Shown: positions 52,808-64,000 of the stretch, piece by piece
Layout: each line of letters starts with the position of its first letter
Position numbering within the stretch: position 1 is the stretch's first letter
Program-made: the position numbers and the translations under genes
The notes under the pieces: generated by a model
Seen by the model: the letters and a program-made list of their open reading frames with translations, nothing else
Told to the model about the DNA's origin: nothing
Database searches by the model: none
DNA from: Octopus vulgaris
Lineage: Eukaryota
DNA: 64,000 bases
Assembly: GCA_951406725.2 (NCBI GenBank)
Contig: OX597827.1
Span: forward strand, 23,994,001-24,058,000
Direction: 5' to 3'

Positions 52808-53389
52808 ATTAGTTAGATATTTAACCAATTGACTAACAATAAAGAAGTGATATTAAACGAGTGTGTGTGTGTTTATTATTGACATAATGACCATCCCAAG
52901 ACATGATATATATATATATATATATATATATAATCGAGATGTACTTGCATAGCAAGTAACTTGATCTGAGATGGTGTGCTGAAACAAAAACAATTGCAGT
53001 ATGAAAGGTATTTATAAGTCATTTAAAAACACACAAAAAAATACCATTAAATTTAAATTTAATTTGTGTCAAAATATAGAGATGCAGCACAAAGTTTTGT
53101 CATGGTTTCAAAGTGACGAAAATATTTTGACACAAATTAAATTTAAATGTTGAAGTGAATCTAATGGTTTTTTGTGTGTTTTTAAATGGCTTACCTTATT
53201 CTCTTATATGTAAGTAACATTCCACTAAACTTTGTACGACTTCAACACTCTCTCTCACATTTCTTTGCCTTTCTTACTTTGTACTTCACTGTCCCTGTCT
53301 TTCTTTTTTCTCACCAATCATTGGCACGCTCTCTTTCTTCTCTCCCTCCTTAATTCCATGTTCCTCTTTTTCTCTCTCTTCTCCCCCTC

Positions 53390-53391
53390 CT

Positions 53392-53428
<37 letters not shown>

Positions 53429-53591
53429 CATACATATACATACATATACATACATATACACATATATATATATATACATACATACATATACATACATATA
53501 CATACATATACACATATATATATATATACATACATACATATACATACATATACATACATATACACATATATATATATATATACATATACAC

Positions 53592-53628
<37 letters not shown>

Positions 53629-53878
53629 CATATTCAAATATATATATATATATATACATATCATCATCGTCGTTTAACGTCCGTTCTAAACGACGATGAT
53701 GATATATATATATATATATGTGTATATGTGTATATATATATATACATATCATCATCGTCGTTTAACGTCCGTTCTAAACGACGTGATGATGATATATATA
53801 TATATATTATATATATATATATACATATATATACATATACACATATATATATATATATATATACATATATATACATAT

Positions 53879-53964
<86 letters not shown>

Positions 53965-54051
53965 CATATATATATATATATATACATATATACATACATA
54001 TATACATATATATATATATACATATATATATACATATATATATATATACAT

Positions 54052-54100
<49 letters not shown>

Positions 54101-54112
54101 CATATACATACA

Positions 54113-54162
<50 letters not shown>

Positions 54163-54357
54163 CATACATATATATATATACATATACATATATATACATA
54201 TATATATATATACATATACATACATATATATATATATATACATATATATATACATATATATATATATACATATACATACATATATATATATATACATATA
54301 CATATATATATACATATATATATATATACATATACATACATATATATATATATACAT

Positions 54358-54406
<49 letters not shown>

Positions 54407-54417
54407 CATATACATAC

Positions 54418-54448
<31 letters not shown>

Positions 54449-54489
54449 CATACATATATATATATACATATATATATATTTATACATAC

Positions 54490-54524
<35 letters not shown>

Positions 54525-54952
54525 ACATACATATATATATATATACATACATATATATATACATATATATACATATACATATATACATATACATATATAT
54601 ATACATATATATATATACATATATATATATACATATACATATATATATACATATACATATATATATATACATATACATATATATACATATACATATATAT
54701 ATATAAGTATATATACATATACATATATATATACATACATATACATATACATATATATATACATATATATATATATACATATACATATATATATATACAT
54801 ATACATATATATACATACATATACATACATACATATACATATATATACATACATATACATATATATATATATATATACATATACATACATACATATACAT
54901 ATATATACATACATATACATATATATATATATATATACATATACATACATAC

Positions 54953-55000
<48 letters not shown>

Positions 55001-55043
55001 ACAAAATACATATACATACATACATATACATACATACATATAC

Positions 55044-55074
<31 letters not shown>

Positions 55075-55109
55075 CATATACATATATATATACATATATA
55101 TATACATAC

Positions 55110-55140
<31 letters not shown>

Positions 55141-55305
55141 CATACATATATATATACATATATATATGTATATATATACATATATATATATGTATATATA
55201 TACATATATATATACACATATACATATATATATACATATATATACACATATATACATATATATATATATATACATATAAATATATATATGTACACACACA
55301 CATAT
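53390..55305. repeat. About 1.9-kb compound (TA)n/(TACA)n microsatellite
   Basis: Direct reading; source of the long YIYI 'ORFs'. Confidence 0.98.
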
Positions 55306-55339
55306 AAGCACCTCATAGTATATTTGTAAAGTTTGCTTT

Positions 55340-56830
55340 TCCTCCTTTTCTAAACAATTTTGGTTCTCTATGCAGAAACCCCAAGAAGAAAGCCTCCACC
55401 TTCATTGTCCACCTTGTGTCCAACTTCACATTCCATGTCATTTGTTAATCCCAACCAAATCTATTCCATTCAGTTCTATCAGGTTTCTCACCCAGCATAC
55501 AAACACATCAAGTGTGGAAATACCTCCAGCTGCTTCAAACCAACAAGGCCACCACTCCTGACAATGTCCCTTGTATTACACTCAAATATTGCACCCCAGA
55601 ATTTACTGCAATACTCACCAAACTCTTCAATCTTTTACTCTCTACAGGGATATACCTTGATATTTGGATGCATACCTCCATATGTCCCATTCCAAAAAAG
55701 GCCAAGCCCTCTGACCCAGCCAACCAGTGTCCTATTACTTTCACCTCTAACACATCTAAGGTAACAGAGACAGCCATTAACAAAGATGTTTACCATCACC
55801 TAGAATCTTTCTCTCCTCAGTGACCGCCAGCATGGCTTCAACAGTGCCAGAACTTTGGTCAAGTTACAATAGTGGGCTCTCACTTCAGAGAAGTTTGGTG
55901 AAAGCAATGTTGTTGCTCTAGACATCAGCAAAACTGTCAGGCCTGTCGAGCATGCACATTTTCTACCTGCCTATGAGCTCCAATGTCTCTTACCTTTTGG
56001 GTCAGTAAATTCCAATAAGATCACTCATAGTAAAAAATACTGACCAAGCTCTTTCTGTCCCATGACAAAACATGGCATTCTTCTTAAATATTCCCCAAAC
56101 ATGAATCATCTACACATAATGGAAACATCACACACTGAACCTGTGCAAATTCCCTGAATGAGTCATCCTCCACTGAAGCCAAAAAACTCAAGCACTACTC
56201 ACATGAAGGACTCATCAACGCACCCATCGAAACATGTGTGGCACCCAACTAAAGCCTTTACAGTCACCCCAAATGCTGGGCTTCACTATCACCAAGGATC
56301 TCTCAGCAAAAGTGCATCCATAGCATAGCTAGGACCACATCTTTCCAAGACCAGAACACAGTTCATCCCCAACTGCTGCTGACACTCTACAAGACATAAG
56401 TGATGCCCACACTAGAGTACTGTGCCCACATCAGGGGCAATGCTGCTATACACACACAGGCATCCTGGAATGTATTTAGAGAGGCCCACTGAACAGATTG
56501 GTATTTTATCACAAAACTACACAATCCAGCCTCCAGCACACAAGTGTACTGTCTCTTCTAATGCAAGTATAATGATCTCTGCTGCTTGTACTTGGCAGTA
56601 CTCATTCCTCCATCACTCAGGTACCTACATTCCTGTCTCACTTGTCCTTCTACCTGTTGTCACCCTTAGCGCATCCCATAACTCAGCCTTACACTAACCA
56701 TTATGCCCAATCCCTTCTCCCCAAAACATCGGCCCTCTGGAATCTTTTCCCTGTTCATGTCTTTCCTGCAGGTGTTAAACAGAAACCGTTTATATGTAAC
56801 ACGAATGGCATCAAGCTCACAGGCTTTGAA
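55340..56830 (+). mobile_element. Degraded CR1/L2-group LINE (reverse transcriptase region to 3' end)
   Basis: KATTPDNVPCITLKYCTPEFTAILTKLFNLLLSTGIYLDIW...PIPKKAKPSDPANQCPITFTSNTSKVTE; VVALDISK; LTLYKT*VMPTLEYC; LWNLFPVHVFP. Confidence 0.85.
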
Positions 56831-57696
56831 GGACTTGTGATGGTCATGCACAATACCCCTCTCCCTCCTTGTTCAACAAGTAAAAAAAAGAAACCTATCT
56901 TTGAGTTACTTCACATAGCTATTTTTAATTATGCAAATTACTCTTACAACAAAAATAGAGATAACCACTTTCGATTTTTGTTTTCTATCTGCAAAACTAT
57001 AATTACTTCTTCAATTATAGTGTACCAAGAGATGCTGCAGCCAACACAGGTCAGTTGTTTTGCCTCGTTAGTCCTGTAACTTCAATAAGTCTAATTACAT
57101 CTGGATAGATTGATCCCCATTAAATTATGAGATCCAAGTCTTTTGTAAGGCTCTTTCAACATATGGCCCTTAAGCCCAGTTTCTGTGGCTCAAAAACTGG
57201 CCAAAGGGATATTTGGCCTTCTGTATGCATATCCAGGCAGAATGCATCTTCTTCAATGTAAGATCTCAGTGTTCTTACAAGCAATGCTGTATTTGACTGT
57301 CAGATGACTAATGCCAGGAGAGGGGGGTAGAGAGAGGTGGGTAGAGAAAGAGAAGTAGAGAGAGGGGGTAGAGAATGTGCATGTGGGAGGATGAAAAACA
57401 GGAAAAGAATGAATATGACAACATAAGACAGAAGAGGAAAAGAGAGAGTAAAAAACACAGTGTGTGTGTGTGTGTGTGTGTGTATATCATCATCATCATC
57501 ATCGTTTAGCGTCCGCTTTCCATGCTAGCATGGGTTGGACGGTTCAACTGGGGTCTGGGAAGCCAGAAGGCTGCACCAGGCCCAGTCTGATCTGGCAATG
57601 TTTCTATGGCTAGTATCGAACAATGCCATGAAGAGAACACTCACCCTCAGACACTGCCATTTCTTCCACTCCCAACACAAGAAGAGATCAACTTAC

Positions 57697-57831
57697 TGTT
57701 TGGAGGACACACATAGTCCTTTTTATTGGCCAGTTGACTTCTGGGCACACAGGAATCTTCTGACCAAAAACATGGTACTCCAGGTTGGCTTTGTTTGCAT
57801 GCAGTTGCATTTGTGAATGCTGAGCAATTTC
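57697..57831 (-). CDS. ATRN: Attractin exon (PSI): GNCSAFTNATACKQSQPGVPCFWSEDSCVP...CPPN
   Basis: ttctag acceptor, A|gtaagt donor; 135 nt, phase 1->1. Confidence 0.9.
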
Positions 57832-58349
57832 CTAGAATTTAAGAAGGAAAATTAGATTAATTCAATTGACTGGAATGTGCAGACACACATTTATCTATGG
57901 GGAAACAGTGATTGCCTCTTTTCACTAACATCATGAGCCATCAACTGATTCTCATAATATTTTCAAACTGTACATCATGCTCTTTCATTTATTATGAAAA
58001 ACATATACATGTTACTTTAATTTACACAGCAATTTGTAGACAATAACAATGTTTGTTACACATTTCCAAGGAGCCTGGTTCACAGTATTTCTGATAGTGA
58101 GATTGTTTAACATGAGGCAAGCAATTTCATCTGATAAGCAAGTTTTCTAACAAATTTCTATATGAACAGGCAAAAGACATAAATTCACACACATGGATAT
58201 AAAAATAACGATGATGATAATATATGTATATATACACCGTAAATCCTCGAGTATAGTCCGCAGGGGATTAATCATTATGTTTTAATTATATTTTTATTAT
58301 TGTTATTTTTAATTTTATACACACACACACATTCATTTATATATTTATT

Positions 58350-58386
<37 letters not shown>

Positions 58387-58665
58387 ACACACACACATAT
58401 ATCTATCATCATCATCATTTAATGTCCGTTGTCCATGCTGGTGTGGATTGGACGGTTTGACTAGGCTGGCATGCTTGAAGGCTGCACCGGACTCGAGTTT
58501 GATTTGGCATGGTTTTCTAAAGCTGGATGCCCTTCCTAACGCCAACCATTCCAAGTGTGTAATGGGTGCTTTTACATGCCACCTGTACGGGTGCCATTTG
58601 CATGACACCGGTATCTGCCATGACAGCGATTTTGCTCAGCTTGATAGGTATACACACACACACAC

Positions 58666-58710
<45 letters not shown>

Positions 58711-58848
58711 AACCCATGCTAGCATGGAAAACGGACTATATATATATATATATATATACCAATCCATGCTAGCATGGAAAACGGATGCTAAACGACGATG
58801 ATGATGATGATGAAACAGATAAACAAATTGTGATTGGTAGATTCTTAC

Positions 58849-58913
58849 CAGTGGTGTATTTTATGATATCACGTAGCATCCTCCCATTGAAACCATTGAA
58901 GATATACATCACA
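58849..58913 (-). CDS. ATRN: Attractin exon: NVMYIFNGFNGRMLRDIIKYTT
   Basis: ctgcag acceptor after CT tract, G|gtaaga donor; 65 nt, phase 2->1. Confidence 0.9.
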
Positions 58914-58991
58914 CTGCAGCAGAGAGAGAGAAAAACAATATATCAACATATATTAATGGTGTCTCAGAACAGACAGGAACAAGTAGTATGG

Positions 58992-59460
58992 TAGCAACAT
59001 GAGGCATTATAGCTTTATAACAAACATGTAAGATGACAGTTCGCAGCAATGAGATATTGTAGGTTTATAGTGAAAATGTGGTACAGCAATTCTTTCAGCA
59101 AATATGGCATGCCAAGTTTTCATAGCAACATGTATGTTTGGTACTGCTGTCTTCAGAGTAACATGTGGTATAAGGTTTTAAACGCAACATGTAGCAAGAT
59201 AGTTCCACAATAACATGGTATGACAACAATTATTTTCAACATATAGTATTACATGTTCACAGCAGCATGTACTATGAGTCATAGTAACATGAACGATAAC
59301 TAAATACACTAACTGGTATCACAGTACCACAGTGTCATGTATAACATGTAGAACGACTATTTCATTGAAACAAGTGGTACAGAAGTTCTACAGCAACATG
59401 TGGGTGTGACAATTTTATGATCAAATATAGTACAGCAGATCAAAGAGCTACAATTACATG
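58992..59460. repeat. Old, degenerate about 26-bp minisatellite (cagcaacatgtggta... core)
   Basis: (gc/gt)aacatg(t) recurs at roughly 25-30-bp spacing through the intron. Confidence 0.6.
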
Positions 59461-59568
59461 TTATTTAATCAACTGTTACCACACCAAACATGTATTTCCT
59501 TCTGCTACATGTCACTGGAAATTGCAATAACAAGAACTGGAGTAAAATATACCAAATTAGTGCCTTAC

Positions 59569-59653
59569 TTGTTGTGGGAAACAGCAGCATGGCCAAATCT
59601 GGACACATCTTTCTGTAGGTGAGGTTTCTCTAAGCAATACCAATGATCACATT
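59569..59653 (-). CDS. ATRN: Attractin exon: ECDHWYCLEKPHLQKDVSRFGHAAVSHN
   Basis: Not in ORF track; ttttgcag acceptor, AA|gtaagg donor; 85 nt, phase 1->2; Kelch RFGH motif. Confidence 0.92.
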
Positions 59654-60125
59654 CTGCAAAAAGAAAGAAGCTTTTAGTTTAACCTGGATGGTTTCGGTTT
59701 CTTTATTTAACTTTCATAAAACATGTTATAGAGGCACATGGCTTGGTGGTTAAGGTGTTGGACTCGTGATCGTAAGATTGTGATTTCAAGTCCTGAACAA
59801 GGTGATGCATTGACCAATCCCTCACACATGTATGACAGTGTATGTGTGTGTATACATATACAATTATATATATATATATTTCGTTTTTGGATTTGGCACA
59901 TACACACACACACACACACTGACCCACACACATGCGCAGAAACAAACAAAAGGGAATGCAGTGTAAATAACGGACAGAGTCAAAACTATTGAAATGGTTG
60001 CAAAACGCAACGAAAATTTTAGGAAAATAAAAATAAGAAAAGCATGGAAATTTTACATAATAAGGCACAAAAAGAAAATTACTCTCCCCAGACATAATAG
60101 TATATATATTTATATAGATATATAC

Positions 60126-60510
60126 TCTTTTACTTGTTTCAGTCACTTGACTACGGCCATGCTGGAGCACCGCCTTTAGTCGAGCAAATCGACCCCGGGA
60201 CTTATTCTTTGTAAGCCCAGTACTTATTCTATCGATCTCTTTTGCCGAACCGCTAAGTGACGGGGACATAAACATACTAGCCCTAGGGGGACAAACACAG
60301 ACACACAAACACATACACACACACTTATATATATATATACATATATACGGCAGGCTTCTTTCAGTTTCCGTCTACCAAATCCACTCACAAGGCATTGGTC
60401 GGCCCGGGGCTATAGCAGAAGACACTTGCCCAAGATGCCACGCAGTGGGACTGAACCCAGAACCATGTGGTTGGTTAGCAAGCTACTTACCACACAGCCA
60501 CTCCTGCGCC
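60126..60510 (-). mobile_element. SINE family A, CpG-rich (young-looking) full copy
   Basis: Reverse complement matches 4116-4509 and retains many CpGs lost in other copies. Confidence 0.85.
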
Positions 60511-61282
60511 TATATATATATATATATAAAATAAGAATGTATTATGTGTGTACATGTGTGTGTATATGAAGAAGGAAATTTTGAATGTAGAAGAGTGAAG
60601 TGAAAAAGAGTCTGTAAGCAGACATCTACATGAGAGAGGGGGGGGGAGAAGAAAAAGAGATGAGGGTAAACAGTGGAAATGTGTTGAAAGGAGAAAATAA
60701 ATGGAAGAACAAGTGATGAAGAGAAGAAAAAAGGCTCTGTGTGTGTGTGCATATATATAATCATCATCATCATTTAACATCCATCTTTCATGCATGGGTA
60801 GGACAGTTGACAGGAGCTGACCAGGTAGAAAAACTACCCTTAGGCTACTGTGTCTGTTTTGGCAGAGATTTTACGGTTAGATGTCCTTCCAAATGCCAAC
60901 CACTCCACAGCCTTAATATACAACATAAATTTCATCAACCAATGTGGTGTTGTTCAATATTTACATCATCATCATTGTTTAACGTCCATTTTCCATGCTA
61001 GCATGGGTTGGACGGTTTGACTGAGGACTGGCAGGCCAGGAGGCTGCACCAAGCTCCAATCTGATCTGGCAAGGTTTCTACAGCTGGATGCCCTTCCTAA
61101 CGCCAACCACTCTGAAAATGTTGTGGGTGCTTTTTACGTGCCACCAGCACAGGGACCAGTCAGGCAGCACTGGTATTGACCATGGTTGAATGGTGCCTAT
61201 TATGTGCCACCGGCACAAGAGCCAGTCAGTTGGCACTATATGTGTGTGTGTGTGTATGTATGTATATATATTGTATGTATAT

Positions 61283-61319
<37 letters not shown>

Positions 61320-61404
61320 ATTATATGTATGCATGTTATACACACACATATATATTACATACACAAATAGATAAATAAGAAGAGAGAGAGGCAAAAAAAC
61401 TTAC

Positions 61405-61562
61405 CAACATCATAGGCCATAAAGTCTAAAGAATAGCACTTGGCACCGGAATTCACAGAAGCCTCATTGTGGGTGTTGCCGCCAAATGTCAGCATGAAAC
61501 CTTCAGTTGTAAGAATGGCCGAGTGAAGGAAGCGGGGTGAATCACTGCTCCGTAACACTTGC
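61405..61562 (-). CDS. ATRN: Attractin exon (Kelch): QVLRSSDSPRFLHSA...FGGNTHNEASVNSGAKCYSLDFMAYDV
   Basis: tgtag acceptor, G|gtaagt donor; 158 nt, phase 2->1; attractin hallmark motif. Confidence 0.95.
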
Positions 61563-63238
61563 CTACACATGCAAAAAAATAAAGAAAGCAATAAACAAAA
61601 CCATCATTATCTTTGCAAGAGATTATATAGTAAGGACTTATCATAATAGGGGTCAATTCAATCAACCCCCACCCACCCACAACATATTTACGGCTGAGTC
61701 AAATCTAGTAATTGTTTTAGCCATCACAACCAACGCCCAATCTGGAATACTCCTTTCACTCTTACAAGTGTGATGGATCAAAAGAATCAGTAGAACCGGT
61801 AGAGCAACAGAGGAACTGATTTGTCATATTTAGTTGTGTCGCTGTATGTACTGAGTTCAAACCCTAATGAAGTCAACACTGCCTTTTGTTCTTCCAAAAA
61901 ATAAATAAAAAAAACATAGCATATAAGTCCTGGAATCAGCACAATCGGTAGTTCCTTCATCTCGAATGTGAGGCTTTGTGCCAAAGTTGGCAATTGTTAT
62001 TCATCATCATGTAACGTCCGCTTTCCATGTTGGCATGAGTTGGATGGTCTGGCTGAAAACTGGTAAACCAGGGGCAGCACCTGCTTTAACAAGGTTTCTA
62101 TGGCTGGATGCCCTTCCTGATACCAACCACTCCAAGAGTGTAGTGGATGTGTTCTACATGCCACCGGCATTGGTGCCAATGACCAGACACTTGGTTGACA
62201 GGTCTACACAAGTACAGTATGTCACCAAAGCTTTCGGCCATCTGTCACTGCATCCATGAGGTCCAATGCTCGAATAGTGCTTTTTATGTACTACCAGCAT
62301 GGATGCCAGTCGGACAGCATTGGCACTGGCCATAACTACGATTTCACTTGGCTCAAGAAGCCTTCACAAGCAAAGCATATCACCCAATGGTAAAATGATG
62401 CTTTCAAGGGGCCAGTTATGCGACACTGTCATCAGCCACAACTACAGTCTCACTTGGCTTAAGACATCAGACAAAATGCTTAACAATATTTCTTCTGGTC
62501 TTTTGTGTTCTGAGTTTAAATCCAGCCAAGGTCAACTTTATCTTTATGGTGCAGTAGACCAAGAACTGGGTTTGATATATTTGACTGAAAACACTGAAAG
62601 AGTGTGCCTCAGCAGAGCCAATGAGCCCAAACAGTGAAAACAATAAATAAATGAAAGAATTACAGGTATATAACATTGAAAGGGAGTCAAAGTATTTCAT
62701 AATAAACATGTATTAAACTTTACTTGCGAAGACCTGTTGGAGCAAGTGAAATCAAAATCAAAACCGCTGATGTTGCCGATGACAGTAACACCTGAGTGGC
62801 ACTTGTGCCAGTGGAACGTTAAAAGCACCATCTGAGCATGATCGTTGCCAGGGCCACTGATTGGTTCCCGTGCTGGTAGCACATAAAAAGCACCATTCAA
62901 GCGTGGTTGTTGCCAGTGCCACAGGACTGGCTGTCGTGCGGGTAGCACGTAAAAAACACCTTTTGAGCGTGGTTGTTGCCAGAATCACGTGACTGGCTCT
63001 CATGTTGGTGGCACTTAAAAGCACCCACTACACTCTTGGAATGGTTGTCATTAGGAAGGGCATCCAGCTGTAGAAACATTGCCAGATCAGATTGGAGCCT
63101 GGTGCAGCCTTTTTGCTCACCAGTCCTCAGTCAAACCGTCCAACCCATATGTAAAACATAGAAAATGCTTATAGATAAGTATACATGTGTATATATATGA
63201 ATGCATGTGAATGAATATATGCAAGGAGGTATACATAC

Positions 63239-63422
63239 CAATATCGTATTTTGGGGTTATATGAATAAAGTTTATCTGTGATGTGATTAGTCGCCGAACT
63301 AACAGAATGGTAGCCGCCGTAGACGTAGATCAACTGCCTATTCTTATCATAAACACTCGAGTGCCAACAAGTATTCTTCACTATTGCTCCAGACGTTTCT
63401 GGTATAAACCAGCTTTTGTTGC
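63239..63422 (-). CDS. ATRN: Attractin exon (Kelch): GNKSWFIPETSGAIVKNTCWHSSVYDKNRQLIYVYGGY...KIRYW
   Basis: tgcag acceptor, TG|gtatgt donor; 184 nt, phase 1->2. Confidence 0.92.
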
Positions 63423-63613
63423 CTGCAAAGTACAGAGAAACAATTATTTAGAAAAGGGAAAAGGTCAATGAATAAACAACACAACACACCCATGACCCAT
63501 AGATTTGTAAGAGTGGGATTGTGAGTGAGTGTATATAATCAAGAGAAAGGAAGAAAAAAAAAGAAATTTACAAACAACAAGAAAGTGAGATGGAAAAGCT
63601 GAAAGAAACTGAC

Positions 63614-63842
63614 CAAAGTAGAATTCCTGAATGCAATGTAGATAGCCATAAATGGGACTGTGACCGAAGAAAACATGCATCACATCATCAACAACATGAG
63701 CCGTGTGGCCAGACACGGCGAGCTGGTAGCTCTCCCATGTTGAATTTTTCAGTAGCGTCCAAACTTCCTGACCCAGGTCAAACATCCAAAATTCATTGGA
63801 GATGTTGTTGCCAACCACACCTCCATACATGTACAGCTGGTT
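63614..63842 (-). CDS. ATRN: Attractin exon (Kelch): NQLYMYGGVVGNNISNEFW...SGHTAHVV...IQEFYF
   Basis: ttccag acceptor, G|gtcagt donor; 229 nt, phase 0->1. Confidence 0.92.
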
Positions 63843-64000
63843 CTGGAAGATTGAGGAAAGCATCAATAATGACAGACAGACAGATGTGTGTAAATGTGCA
63901 TGAGCGTAAGAATATGCATGTGTTTGAGTAAATATACACGTGTAGAAGTGTAAACATGAATGAGCATGTGCATGCTTGAATGTGCATATACAATGACAAT

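Noticed and set aside
53232-55329. Long ORFs (up to 533 aa) of YIYI/HIYT type, and similar ORFs at 1077-1415, 25990-26401 and 38004-38583
   Set aside because: Translations of (TA)n/(TACA)n microsatellites, which lack stop codons in several frames.

Overview
AT-rich, microsatellite-dense eukaryotic DNA. The repeat families and gene style point to an octopus genome (inferred, not searched). The window holds 18 phase-consistent GT-AG exons (2159 nt, about 719 aa) of an attractin/ATRNL1-family gene on the minus strand (17413-63842). They encode Kelch repeats, PSI domains, laminin-type EGF repeats and the juxtamembrane region up to 'DLVNFFVTFF', with no C-type lectin domain. The 5' exons lie beyond the window, and I did not find the canonical transmembrane/cytoplasmic exons within it. 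The introns are filled with tRNA-derived SINEs, RTE, CR1/L2-type and R4/Dong-type LINE fragments, mariner remnants, Helitron-type and piggyBac-type non-autonomous elements, a solo LTR nested in a MITE, minisatellites and long (TA)n tracts. Four observations stand out. (1) Several fold-back, Penelope-like elements carry minimal hammerhead-ribozyme folds; one has a compensatory G3-C8 core and one sits behind a tRNA-like Pol III head. (2) A consensus-flanked 25-nt or 6-nt microexon candidate would either stop or minimally extend attractin. (3) Dong-like elements recur antisense in the (ATT)n tails of SINEs. (4) A 37-unit CRISPR-looking minisatellite forms an array of decoy 3' splice sites. Nearly all ORF-track entries are microsatellite artefacts. 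Repeat boundaries are by eye (about +/-10 nt); exon boundaries were checked at splice sites.
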